Of a stretch of DNA of 64,000 nt, positions 42,200 through 52,693 are shown piece after piece. The stretch lies in the NCBI GenBank assembly GCA_963840855.1, contig CAWJBB010000084.1, positions 1 to 64,000 on the forward strand, given 5' to 3'. The notes below the pieces were generated by a model. That model did not search any database, had not been told where the DNA came from, and worked only from the letters and a program-made list of their open reading frames with translations. Position numbers and translations under genes: made by a program. Each line of letters starts with the position of its first letter. The stretch's first letter is position 1. The DNA is from an uncultured delta proteobacterium (GTDB lineage Bacteria > Desulfobacterota > Binatia > UBA9968).

Positions 42200-43440
42200 T
42201 CCGCGCAATTTTGCGCCATAACGACGCGGCTGCTGGCCAGCACGATAAACACGGAACCGATCAAACATGCAAGCGAGACCCCAAAAGCACTGCATAGCTG
42301 TCAGTGACATCGAACAGGAACCCGCCGAGCCACGCGCCGACGGTGCCTCCGAGGCCGATGCTGAAGGTAAAAAAGCCGAAGATCGCGCCGGAGTGCTTGC
42401 CGTGGAATATGTCCGCTGAGATCGCCGATAATACCAACGCTCGCGAGCCCTGCCGCAGACCATAGCAAACGGCGTAGATACCATACCCTGCTGTCATCGC
42501 GCATGGCTAGCAGGGCTAGCGTGCCGATCGCCGAGATGATCTGCACCAAGGTGAAAACCATCTCCCGCCGCATTACGTCGGCCAGATAGCCAAACAGGAT
42601 CCGCCCGCCGATGCTAATGACTCCCATGAGACCGAAGATCGCCGCGGCGAATACCTTGGCGTACCCCACGTCGACAGCATGGGCGATCTGGTGAGTTACG
42701 ATGATCTGGTTGCCCAGGCTCGCCAGCGTGCGCGCGGTGAAGAGCAGCCAGAATGCCGAATTGGTGAGCGCGCCTTTTACCGTCCAATCCGTGGGTTGAT
42801 GCTCGCTGAATTGCATTTTAGCATCGGCGGTTTTGCTCCCGGCGGGATTTTCGCCGCTTGGCAAAAAGATCTGCACCGGTGGAATCACCAGCAATAGAGT
42901 AATCGCCGCCAAGCCGATATAGGCCATCGGCCAGCTCCAGTTGTCGATCATCAACTGGGTCACCGGCACCAGGAGAACGATCCCAACACCGCCCCCGGCC
43001 CAGGCGATGCCGAGAGCCGTGGCGCGCCGTTGCAGAAACTCGCGGGTCAGAATGGCGACATGAGGCACCATGCCGATCAGCGCGATGCCAACGGCGCACA
43101 CGATCCCCACCCAAAAATAAAACTGCCAAATGGCGGAGATCGTCGAGCAGAAAGCGAGTCCGACGGCAAGTACCAGCCCGCCGAGCATAAGCGTTTTGCG
43201 TCCGCCGATGCGGTCGATCAAGCCACCCGCCCACGGCAGACAGGCACCCTCAAAAATGATTGCCAAGGAAATCGCCCCAGCGGTCGCCGCCCGTGACCAA
43301 CCAAAGGTATCCAGCATGGCGACAAAAAACACGCCGAAGGTGCCATGCAGTCCGTGCCCCACGGCAATATGGAAAAACGCCAGGGCTACCAGGCCATAGC
43401 GTCCAAGGCTTGCTGATTTGTCGCTGTTTTCTTCCGGCAT
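42200..43440 (-). CDS. MFS transporter, frameshifted near the 3' end (3' boundary approximate)
   Basis: GWSRAATAG, GGLIDRIGGR and GRILFGYLAD; the C-terminus continues in ORF 42261-42497. Confidence 0.8.
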
Positions 43441-43680
43441 GAGTCGTGAAGTGGAACTCCAGCCATACATTGCGCTGCGGCGAAAGTCTATTGCGGAAAC
43501 CGCGCAGGTGCTCGTAATTAGACGATCACGGTCCACGTTGTCCCGCCGAGACGTCAAGACTTCTCCAAAGAATTCGCCGATCGGAAGTCTGCACTCTAAT
43601 TTTGTCGCTTCACGCGCTTGACACCCGAAGGGTTCTCGTACCATCATCGGCGCATCTTAAAGAACTCGGAGGTAAACGCT

Positions 43681-44376
43681 ATGAGAAGCGCATTCAAACA
43701 TGTCGCACTTTATACCAAGGACCCGGACCGGTTGCTGGACTTTTATCAGAAAAACCTCGGCTTCAGCCTGATTCGGCGATCGCCGTCGGGGTCGCTGTAC
43801 ACTTCGGACGGTGTCATTATGTGCGCCATGCTGAAACACCGCGAAAATACCGAGGCGCGATGGATCGGCTACGATCACTTCGGTTTCCACGTGGGTAATA
43901 TGAACGAAGCCAAACAGCGCATTACCGCGGCGCTGCCTAATTGCCAATGGGGGCAACGCCCACAAGATGGCCGCTATGCGGAATATCGTTTTCTCGACAT
44001 GGACGGCCATCCAGTGGACGTATCGGAAGAAGGCTTTCGCACCAGCGACGATCTTACTCCCCCGACAGTGCGCCACGTTGCCATCGAGGCCTCCGATCCA
44101 GCGAGAACCGGGACCTTTTACAAGACGGCTTTCGAGTTAAAAGAGTTACAACGCTCCGACAGTGAAGTGGTGCTTTCCGACGGCACCGTCAGCGTATCTT
44201 TCGTCAAACAACAGGGCGGCGGCTCATGTAAAGTCCTGGGCGTCGGATTCGAAGTGAAGGACCCGGAAAAGACCGCTGCCGGATTTCCATCTAAGAAAAG
44301 TCTGGGGGGTGGAAGATTCGAGGTCCAAGACGTCGATGGCAACACGGTGGAGTTGGCGTCGTCGTGGCTAGTATAA
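43681..44376 (+). CDS. Two-domain VOC family protein
   Basis: FKHVALY..GYDHFGF..VRHVAIE; GGAGG RBS. Confidence 0.85.
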   Translation: MRSAFKHVALYTKDPDRLLDFYQKNLGFSLIRRSPSGSLYTSDGVIMCAMLKHRENTEARWIGYDHFGFHVGNMNEAKQRITAALPNCQWGQRPQDGRYAEYRFLDMDGHPVDVSEEGFRTSDDLTPPTVRHVAIEASDPARTGTFYKTAFELKELQRSDSEVVLSDGTVSVSFVKQQGGGSCKVLGVGFEVKDPEKTAAGFPSKKSLGGGRFEVQDVDGNTVELASSWLV

Positions 44377-44519
44377 GGATCTGCCTCAGTAAGAGTTCAA
44401 TTCGTTCAAGCCGTTCGAATCGTTCAAAACGTTGTGCGCTGCGCTTGCCGTTCCAGGGCACCTCCCTCGGTAGCTAGATGACGCCTTACTTTTGGAATTC
44501 TTAGTAATCAGGTTGTCCC

Positions 44520-46019
44520 ATGGCACATTCAGATCTCTACGGAAAAGTCGCGCCAGGTGAAATTTACCGTAAAGCCGGGGCGCGCTTGAAGGAAGACGCC
44601 GACCCATCGCAGATCGCGCACAAGGTGGGAAGCGCTGAGAGAACCCAGCCTCTTCTGCACGTTTACCATATGTTCGACAAAGCGCATGTCGTTATGTTGA
44701 TTGAGGAACGCTTGGTGCTAAACAACGACGGCAAGGCCATCCTCCGGGCATTCCGGGAGATGGAGGAAAAGGGCGGGGAGCGCCTGCGCGGCGAAGGCGG
44801 CCACGGCCTGTTTTCCGGCGAGGCCTACCTGATTGAAAAACTCGGCGAGGAAATCGGTGGCAAAATACATCTAGGCCGAAGCTCCGGGGACCTGAATTCA
44901 GTGTCGGCGCGCATTGGCACGCGCGAGAAGCTGTTATCCGTGATGGAAGCCGTTTTGGAATGCCGCAGCGCTTATCTAATCCTCGCCGAACAGCATCTTG
45001 AAACGGTTCTGCCCACCTACACCATGATGCAGCAGGCTCAGATCGGCACCTTCGCTCATTATCTGGTGGCCTGGGCGCTGCCGTTGGAGCGGGACTTTGA
45101 ACGCCTTCTGGGCGCTTACGACCGAACCAACGTCAGCTCCGCGGGCGCCGGTATCGGCACCGGTTCGGATTTTCCATTGAATCGTGCGCGCACCGCGGAA
45201 TTGCTTGGGTTCGACGGCGTCTGCGACAACGTGCGCGACGCCAACGCCGGCCGCGATTTCGTCATTGAGTCGCTGAGCGCCATCGCCATTCTCATGTTGA
45301 ACATCGCGTGGTCAACCGACACGATCTATCTCTTTTGTTCCAACGAGTTCAGTTTCGTCGAAATCGCCGACCGCTATTGCGGTTCCAGTAGCATCATGCC
45401 GCAAAAGAAAAATCCCCACTCCCTCATGGAAGTTGCCGAAACGGCCAGCCAGCTGAGCGGCGCCCTGAGCGCCATGATGACCAATGCGCGAAGCAGCTCG
45501 GGATCGATCAAATCCGCGCTGCAAAATTTCGACAAGACCAGTGCGGCGCTCAAGCTCTGGGCCGGTATCGTCTCCACTCTGACGGTGAACAAAAAAATCA
45601 TGCGCCAACGCACGCTCGATTTCTGGGCCCTCGCGACCGACCTCGCCGGCGCCATCGTTCGCGAGCGCAATCTTCCCTGGCGCACGGCGCACCAGATCAC
45701 CGCCATTCTTGTGCGCAAGGCTCTGGAACAAGGCAAAAAGCCGCTGGATATCGATAGTGGGTTTTTGGATCAGGCGGCACGCGAATATATCGGCAAACCT
45801 ATCGATCTTGGCAACTCGCGAATCCGTGAAGTCCTCGATCCTTTGCGCGCCGTTAAAGCGCGCACCTTGATCGGCGGCACAGCGCCGGTAGAAGTGAAAC
45901 GGCAGATCGATAATTGTTTTGCTCGTTTGCGTAAAGACACAGAGACGCTGGCGCGGAAAAAACAGCAGTTGGACGACGCCGCGGCGCGGCTGGAGCGCGC
46001 CATCGACGCCATCGTTTAA
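44520..46019 (+). CDS. Argininosuccinate lyase/fumarase-superfamily lyase (divergent ArgH-like)
   Basis: HLGRSSGD and GSSSIMPQKKNP signature. Confidence 0.85.
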   Translation: MAHSDLYGKVAPGEIYRKAGARLKEDADPSQIAHKVGSAERTQPLLHVYHMFDKAHVVMLIEERLVLNNDGKAILRAFREMEEKGGERLRGEGGHGLFSGEAYLIEKLGEEIGGKIHLGRSSGDLNSVSARIGTREKLLSVMEAVLECRSAYLILAEQHLETVLPTYTMMQQAQIGTFAHYLVAWALPLERDFERLLGAYDRTNVSSAGAGIGTGSDFPLNRARTAELLGFDGVCDNVRDANAGRDFVIESLSAIAILMLNIAWSTDTIYLFCSNEFSFVEIADRYCGSSSIMPQKKNPHSLMEVAETASQLSGALSAMMTNARSSSGSIKSALQNFDKTSAALKLWAGIVSTLTVNKKIMRQRTLDFWALATDLAGAIVRERNLPWRTAHQITAILVRKALEQGKKPLDIDSGFLDQAAREYIGKPIDLGNSRIREVLDPLRAVKARTLIGGTAPVEVKRQIDNCFARLRKDTETLARKKQQLDDAAARLERAIDAIV

Positions 46020-46040
46020 AGGCCAAAACGGAGGAACGGC

Positions 46041-47081
46041 ATGAAACGCGTGACCGGATTCCTGGCAATAACTTTTCTGCTTGCAGTCGTCATTCATGGA
46101 CCCGGCAGCGCCGCTGCGGCGGCCCAGGAGCTCAAGCGCGAGGCGATCATCGAAGGGGCAAAGAAAGAAGGCAAGGTGCAAATTTACGGCCTGCTGGCTG
46201 TCCCCGAACATATGCAGATCATTGAGCGTTTCAAGGAAAAATACCCGTTCATTGAACCGTCGCTGTACCGCGCCACCAGCGAGCGGCTTTACACCCGCAT
46301 CGAGAACGAGGCGCGTGCCAATGCCCATCTGGTGGATGTGATCGGCGTCAGCGGCTTTCAGTACTACCAACTTCTCAAGCGCGGGTTGATAGGCAAATAC
46401 GAATCCCCGGAAAGACGCTCTTTCGATCCGGCGTTCAAAGACAAGGACGGGCGTTGGACAGCCTACTACGTCAACCCGATGGTCACCGCTTACAACACGC
46501 GCCAGTTGACTCCCCAAGAGGCGCCCAAGGATTACGGTGACTTGATCGACCCAAAGTGGAAGGGCAAGCTCGTCATGGAAGACGAGGAAATCGAATGGTT
46601 CTCGACCATGATGACTTTCTGGGGCGAAGAAAAAGGGTTGTCCTATATGCAGCGACTGGCGGCGCAGAACTTCACCATCCGCCATGGTCACACGCTGATG
46701 ACGCAACTCGTCGCCGCCGGCGAATATCCCGCGGCGGTGATCGTCTATGGCCCACAGACCCAAATGACCCGGAACGCTGGCGCCCCCATCGATTGGTACG
46801 CGCTCAACCCCACGGTCTCCGGCACCAACTTGATGGGCATCGCGGCGCGGGCGCCCCATCCCCACGCGGCAATGCTTTACATCGACCATATGCTTTCCGA
46901 GGAGATCCAAAAAGATTATCTTTCCGCCAAGTTCTTTAAAGTATCGGCGCGCCAAGGCATTCACAGTACGGTTATGCAAAAACTGAGTAAGGTCAAAGTG
47001 ATTCCGGTTGACATCACGCAGTCGGAACATTTCGAGAAGAACCGCAAGAGGTTTCGCGAGATATTTCTCGGTGGCCGCTAG
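46041..47081 (+). CDS. ABC-type extracellular solute-binding protein
   Basis: Signal peptide; GAKKEGKVQIY, DLIDPKWKG and APHPHAAMLYID. Confidence 0.9.
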   Translation: MKRVTGFLAITFLLAVVIHGPGSAAAAAQELKREAIIEGAKKEGKVQIYGLLAVPEHMQIIERFKEKYPFIEPSLYRATSERLYTRIENEARANAHLVDVIGVSGFQYYQLLKRGLIGKYESPERRSFDPAFKDKDGRWTAYYVNPMVTAYNTRQLTPQEAPKDYGDLIDPKWKGKLVMEDEEIEWFSTMMTFWGEEKGLSYMQRLAAQNFTIRHGHTLMTQLVAAGEYPAAVIVYGPQTQMTRNAGAPIDWYALNPTVSGTNLMGIAARAPHPHAAMLYIDHMLSEEIQKDYLSAKFFKVSARQGIHSTVMQKLSKVKVIPVDITQSEHFEKNRKRFREIFLGGR

Positions 47082-47305
47082 GGGCGGATGCGACTGCGCC
47101 GTAGTTCAAAGTTCAACGTTTAAGGTTCAAAGTTGGGGATTTCACCCATGCAGTTCACAAACGGATACGTTGAACATTGAGGACTAAGTATCGACTTCAT
47201 CGTATTAAACGATTTGAACCATTGCGGCCGTTCAATCCAGTGCGCAATCTACCATCAACGAAGAACTTTCGTGCGAGCAGAATTATTATCTAGGAGGAAA
47301 AATTC

Positions 47306-48790
47306 GTGGCAACTTTGAAAGAACATGAAACCGATGTCTTAGTGATCGGCGCGGGCAACGCGGCGCTGGTAGCGGCCGAGACCGCTTACGATGCCGGACT
47401 CAAGGTCACCGTGTTGGAGCGCGCGCCCAAGGAGCGGCGCGGCGGCAACTCGGCATTTTCCGGCGGGCTATTCCGGTTTGCTTTCAAGGATTTCGAGCAT
47501 GTCAAAGAAATCATCAAAGACAGCCCCGGCATCGATTTCAAGGACGTCGACGTGGAACCTTATCCCACCGATATGTTCTACGGCGATCTCATGCGCGTCA
47601 CCGAAGGTCTCGCCGACCCGGCGCTCTCGGAAATGCTGGTGACAAGATCGGAGGAAGTCGTCACCTGGATGGCCAAACATGGCATCGACTGGGAACTGCA
47701 CATGAGCCATGTCGCCAGGGTTAAAGGCAAATATATTTGGCGCTCGGGTACGATCCCGGTGTCGGCCCGCGGTGGCGGCGCCGGCCTGCAGCAAATGCAT
47801 TTCAAACATGTGGAAAGCCGCGCTATCGAAGTACTGTACGGTGCCCGCGCGCTAGAATTTTCCCAGGATCAAAGCGGCGCGGTGGATGGCGCGCTTGTCT
47901 CCACCCCCGGCGGCAAACAGACCATCAAGAGCAAGGCCGTGGTTCTCGCCTGCGGCGGCTTCGAGTCTAATCCGGAAATGCGCGCGCGCTACTTGGGAGA
48001 GAATTGGGACCTCGTCAAGGTCCGCGGCACCCGCTACAACACCGGCGACGGCATCAGGATGGCGACCGATATCGGCGCCAGCCCCTTCGGCCACTGGAGC
48101 GGCTGCCACGCCTCGGTCATCGACGGCGACAGCCCCAATGTCGAGGCGGCCACGGACGAAAGTACGCGCTATTCGTATCCCTACAGCATAATGGTGAACA
48201 TGCTGGGCGAACGTTTCGTCGACGAAGGCGAAGATTTCCAGGTTTACACCTACGCCAAAACCGGCCGTCGCATACTAGCGCAACCCGGCCACATCGCGTT
48301 CCAGATTTTCGATCAGAAGACCGTGCCGCTGCTGCGCAGCAACTACATGCGCAGCCGGCCCGTGGTTGCCAATTCGGTTGATGAGCTGGCGGCTGGCTTG
48401 GGCATCGAACCGGCCCGCCTGCGCCGCACGATTGACGGATTTAACAAAGCGGCGGCGCCGGTGGAATTCGATTTCTCCAAACGGGACGGCAAATGCACCA
48501 CCGGTCTAAATCCCGATAAGTCGAACTGGGCGTCGCCCATCGACTCCCCACCCTACCATGCCTACGCCGTCGCTTGCGGCATCACCTTCACGTACGGCGG
48601 GGTGAAGATCGATCCGCAGTGCCGGGTGCTGACCGCGGATGACGAAGCGATACCGGGCCTGTGGGCGGCGGGTGAATTGACCGGCGGATTCTTCTACCAT
48701 AATTATCCCAGCGGCTCCGGCCTCATGCGCGGCTCCATCACCGGCCATGTCGCGGCCGCGGAGGCGGCGAAGTATATCAAGGGACAATAA
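47306..48790 (+). CDS. tcuA: FAD-dependent tricarballylate dehydrogenase TcuA-like flavoprotein
   Basis: GAGNAA, RGGNSAFSGG, VRGTRYNTGDG, GITFTYGG and GGFFYHNYPSGSGL motifs. Confidence 0.8.
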   Translation: MATLKEHETDVLVIGAGNAALVAAETAYDAGLKVTVLERAPKERRGGNSAFSGGLFRFAFKDFEHVKEIIKDSPGIDFKDVDVEPYPTDMFYGDLMRVTEGLADPALSEMLVTRSEEVVTWMAKHGIDWELHMSHVARVKGKYIWRSGTIPVSARGGGAGLQQMHFKHVESRAIEVLYGARALEFSQDQSGAVDGALVSTPGGKQTIKSKAVVLACGGFESNPEMRARYLGENWDLVKVRGTRYNTGDGIRMATDIGASPFGHWSGCHASVIDGDSPNVEAATDESTRYSYPYSIMVNMLGERFVDEGEDFQVYTYAKTGRRILAQPGHIAFQIFDQKTVPLLRSNYMRSRPVVANSVDELAAGLGIEPARLRRTIDGFNKAAAPVEFDFSKRDGKCTTGLNPDKSNWASPIDSPPYHAYAVACGITFTYGGVKIDPQCRVLTADDEAIPGLWAAGELTGGFFYHNYPSGSGLMRGSITGHVAAAEAAKYIKGQ

Positions 48791-48965
48791 ACAAAGGCAC
48801 TTCGGCGGGCGGGGTTCTGACCCCGCCCTAACATCCTTGTCTTTTCATCCCATTCGCTCAGATAGCTTAAAGACTTATCAAGCAATGCTCCAGGCGGGTC
48901 TCAGTCTGATAGCGGAACGCTTCAATCTTGAACATTGACCCGGAACTTGGAACAGCGCTTCGCGC

Positions 48966-49367
48966 TTACCAATGCTTCTCGACAACGCCAATGCATAACT
49001 CCAGCGCCCGTTCTGCATCCTGCGTGTTGCCGGCGCCACCGGTGTCATCCAATTGAACCCGCGCAAGATGCAGCTTTTGCAAACGCACCGCGTCCAACCG
49101 CGTTACCAGCTCTTTCTCAATCGCCCGGTTGAGTAGTTCGGGCAATCCCCACGAAGACCAGGGGCGAAGCCCTAACCTGATCTTCAACCAATCTTCCATG
49201 CCTTGCTCGCACAGCACCAAGACGTCGAGGACTCTGAGATTGCCCGTCAACCATCCCGTGAGCGCGCGACTGAAAGTTCTGATTGCCAGGCCCTCGGGTG
49301 AATGATGACCTTTTAGTTTCTCTTTCTCAGCCAGATTCGCGAAGATTTCTCGAAGGTCAAACGCCAT
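48966..49367 (-). CDS. Hypothetical helical protein
   Basis: Clean ORF of about 133 aa between convergent/divergent genes. Confidence 0.6.
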   Translation of the reverse strand: MAFDLREIFANLAEKEKLKGHHSPEGLAIRTFSRALTGWLTGNLRVLDVLVLCEQGMEDWLKIRLGLRPWSSWGLPELLNRAIEKELVTRLDAVRLQKLHLARVQLDDTGGAGNTQDAERALELCIGVVEKHW

Positions 49368-49513
49368 GGCAACCATAATTCCATCGATGTCGCTTTGTTA
49401 TAGCATGATTCACTGTGACGCCGTAGCTTTCGGATTCATCTTGTCCATGAATTTCTTTGCGTTCTGTGTGTTCTTTGTGGTTAAATCCGTCCAAACATTT
49501 TGGAGGGGACGAC

Positions 49514-50476
49514 ATGGAACCACTGCCCAAGGGAGCAAACTTTCAGCGCGCGTTGATGCTTTGGGAAATCGGCCTGCAGATCGCCGGCAACCCTCTGACC
49601 CCTTATTACGGACCGCGCGACATATGCATCGCCGTGGGCAGCGGGTCCAACGAAACTTTCAAACCGTGGCTGCGCATGTCCACCGGCTCGCCGATTCTCG
49701 CCCACGCGGTCTGCCGCGACGAGTTGGAAGCGGCGATAATCAATCCGTCCGGATTGCTCACACAGGCTTATCGGGGTTCGGGCTTGTTTTCCGTGGCCCT
49801 CCCCGTGCGGATTCTCGCCACCTATCCTTCGTTAGACCATTTTGTATACGCCATTCACCCGCGCACGGGGCTGAAATCGCTAGCCGAGATCAAAGAAAAA
49901 AAGTTTCCGCTCCGGCTTTCCATTCGCGAGGATGCGACTCACTCGACCCGCGTGTTGCTGGATCAAACCCTCGCGGCCTATGGTATGACGCTCAAAGACC
50001 TCGAATCTTGGGGCGGGAGCCTTCAGTTGAACGGCGGTCCCGGCGATGCGCGGCGCATGAAAGCGATCGCGGACGGCACGGTCGACGCGGTCTTCGACGA
50101 AGGTTTGGTTCTCTGGCTGAACGCGGCCCTCGACTCGGGGATGCAGCCGGTGACGCTCGAAGACTCGACGTTCAAGCATTTGACAGACCTCGGCTGGCGC
50201 AAATACACCATCAAACCCGGCCGTTATAAAAGTCTCAAACAAGAGCACACCTGCATCGACTACAGCGGCTGGCCGCTCTACACCCGCGCCTCATTGCCGG
50301 ATGACGACGCCTACAAAATCTGCGACGCCATCATGGCGCGCAAGGATCTAATCTATTGGGAAGACTCCTACACCGGAGTCGGCCAGTTAGGAGAGGAGAC
50401 CGATGCCACGCCGCGCGACGTGCCACTGCATCCTGGAGCGGAGAAGTGGTACCGCGAGCATGGCTTAAGGGTGTAA
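49514..50476 (+). CDS. TAXI/NMT1-like periplasmic-binding-fold protein lacking an obvious signal peptide
   Basis: GLKSLAEI, DGTVDAVF and PLHPGAEKWYREHG (TAXI C-terminus); GGAGG RBS before ATG 49514. Confidence 0.8.
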   Translation: MEPLPKGANFQRALMLWEIGLQIAGNPLTPYYGPRDICIAVGSGSNETFKPWLRMSTGSPILAHAVCRDELEAAIINPSGLLTQAYRGSGLFSVALPVRILATYPSLDHFVYAIHPRTGLKSLAEIKEKKFPLRLSIREDATHSTRVLLDQTLAAYGMTLKDLESWGGSLQLNGGPGDARRMKAIADGTVDAVFDEGLVLWLNAALDSGMQPVTLEDSTFKHLTDLGWRKYTIKPGRYKSLKQEHTCIDYSGWPLYTRASLPDDDAYKICDAIMARKDLIYWEDSYTGVGQLGEETDATPRDVPLHPGAEKWYREHGLRV

Positions 50477-50519
50477 CGACGACGGCTCCATCGGAGATTT
50501 TCGGGTCAGCAAGTTCTTT

Positions 50520-50760
50520 GCCCATGCCTGGCACTCGACTGATAAGAACCGTTTTCGATCGCGGCACCGTCCCCATCAAATGCCGGCTCAACCCCGATCT
50601 CCGGCCCGGCGTCATCGTGATCCCGGAAGGCTCCTGGGTCAAAGACTTTCCCCAAGGAGACCCTTACAGCCTGACCCACGAGCTGGTCAGCCCAACGTCA
50701 GAAAATTACGCCTTCTTTGACACGCTCGCGGAAGTTGAACCCGACCACACGGAAACCTGA
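50520..50760 (+). pseudogene. Orphan 3' fragment of a molybdopterin-dinucleotide-binding domain
   Basis: DRGTVPIKCRLNPDLRPGVIVIPEGSW...FFDTLAEVEP with no N-terminal part. Confidence 0.6.
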
Positions 50761-50777
50761 AACTAGGAAGAATTGCC

Positions 50778-51884
50778 ATGAAGCTACTTTCTGCGACGTT
50801 CATCGCAGTTTTACTTTTGCAGGGCGCGCCCGCGCTCGGCGCCGCTCAGCCAAAACCGGGCTGGGAAGAGGAATGGAAACGGACGCTAGAAGGAGCCAAA
50901 AAGGAAAACACCGTGGTGGTTGCCGGTTCTCCCGATCCGGTTATGCGCAATGAGATCATCCCAAAATTCACGGCGCGTTTTGGCATTTCCGTCCAGTACA
51001 TTGCCGGCGGAGCGAACCAGATCGTTGCCCGCCTGAGCACGGAACGAAATACCAGACTCTATTCGACGGACATCTTCATGGTAGGCATGAATACCGCTGC
51101 TAACGTGCTCTATCCCAACAAGATGCTCGATCCCTTGCGGCCTGGGTTCATTTTGCCGGATGTGGTTGACCCATCTAAATGGCGCAAGGGAAAACTATGG
51201 TTTCAGGACCCCGAAGAAAGCTATGTGCTGCGCGCTTTCAGCAGCATTGCCAGCCTTTTTTTCATCAACGGCGATCACGTCAGGGCGGCGGAGCTTCGGG
51301 GTTCGAAGGATCTTTTGAATCCCAAATGGCGAGGAAAACTCTCGGCCGAGGATCCACTCCTGGGCGGCGGCGGAGCCAACAAGGCCGCCAGGCTCTATGC
51401 CGCGTTGGGCGAGGATTTCGTCAAAAGATTGTACAAAGAGCAAAAACCGGCGCTATCCCGCGAGCGCAGACAGCTAGCGGATTGGCTCGCCCGCGGTACT
51501 TATCCGATTTGCCTTGACTGTCGCGCCGATGACCTCAAAGCGCTTAAGAAAGAGGGTTTCAATTTTTTAGAATTTTTCGAATTGACGGATATACCCGGCA
51601 CCTTGACGAGCGCGCCCTGGCTGCTCACCTTGCTAAACCAAGCCCCTCATCCTCATGCGGCGCGTGTTTTCGCCAACTGGATTGTTTCGAAAGAGGCCCT
51701 GGAAATCTATTCGCGCGGGTTTGGTTACGCGACGCTGCGCAACGATGCGGATGAATCCTTCTTGCCCCCTGAAACCATCCCGCGGCCAGAAGTCAAATAC
51801 TTCGACGATGCCGATTGGCAATGGGCCGTTAGTGGCAGGGTCGAGGCCAGGAAGCGGATCGAAGCCATTCTCAAGGCACCTTGA
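50778..51884 (+). CDS. ABC-type extracellular solute-binding protein
   Basis: Signal peptide; GAKKE, DLLNPKWRG and APHPHAARVFANW. Confidence 0.9.
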   Translation: MKLLSATFIAVLLLQGAPALGAAQPKPGWEEEWKRTLEGAKKENTVVVAGSPDPVMRNEIIPKFTARFGISVQYIAGGANQIVARLSTERNTRLYSTDIFMVGMNTAANVLYPNKMLDPLRPGFILPDVVDPSKWRKGKLWFQDPEESYVLRAFSSIASLFFINGDHVRAAELRGSKDLLNPKWRGKLSAEDPLLGGGGANKAARLYAALGEDFVKRLYKEQKPALSRERRQLADWLARGTYPICLDCRADDLKALKKEGFNFLEFFELTDIPGTLTSAPWLLTLLNQAPHPHAARVFANWIVSKEALEIYSRGFGYATLRNDADESFLPPETIPRPEVKYFDDADWQWAVSGRVEARKRIEAILKAP

Positions 51885-51889
51885 CGCGG

Positions 51890-52660
51890 GAGAGAATCAC
51901 GCCACGATAAAAACCATATGGATTTATGAAAGGCTACAGACGGCGCGCGCTTTTTATCGCTGGCTTTTCCTGCTGTGTTCCGGAGCGTTCTCCGAGCAAG
52001 CCGCGGACCTTTTGCTGGCGAAGTTAAAGGTTCTTTAGCGATGCCGATGGCTACCGCGTCGCGCCGTTCACCTACGCGTTGGTGATCGGTTACAACCATC
52101 GAGCCGTGCCGAAGGGACAACAACCCAGATCTTACGAAGAACTTTTGCACCAAATGGAAGGGTCAAATCGGACTCGAAGCGGCCGGTTACGAGTGGCTGG
52201 CCGCCATAATCGACACCATGGGCGAGGACAGGGCGCTTGCCTTTGCGCGTAGGCTGGCAACCCAAGACTTGCGGGTTCAGCAGGGCAGCTCGTTACTCAT
52301 ACAGCAGATGAGCGCGGGGGAATTCAACGTGGTGATCGACGGATTGCACTACCAGATTGAAAATCAAAAGCAGCTCGGCGCGCCGATAGTACGTATTCCC
52401 GACCCGCTGCTGATCAAGGATCCCAGCGGCCTCGGGTCGCAAAGTATGCCCCTCATCCCCACGCCGCCGTGCTCTTTGCCGATTTCCTCTTGCCGGGAAG
52501 CCCAGGAAATCTTGGCACGACAGAACCGCCTGCCGGCAGCAAAGACATGGAATGGCGCCTGGCGCAAAAAATGCCGGACCGAATGCATATTTATCCGTCG
52601 ACAAATGGGCCCGCGGTTACACTGAGCTCATCAGTAGGTTCATAAAATCTTCCGTTAGCT
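51890..52660 (+). pseudogene. Degraded solute-binding protein paralog
   Basis: SBP fragments (MGEDRALAFARRLATQ..., ..PKWKGQIG.., ..PHPHAA..) scattered over several frames with stops. Confidence 0.7.
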
Positions 52661-52693
52661 AGAAGACCCATGATTCCGTTCAGTATCCTCTGC

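Noticed and set aside
45312-47030. 572-aa minus-strand ORF, and similar long antisense ORFs (15333-16703, 61853-63040, 3103-4245, 31731-32567)
   Set aside because: These are shadows of well-supported genes on the opposite strand in GC-rich DNA and have no recognisable motifs.
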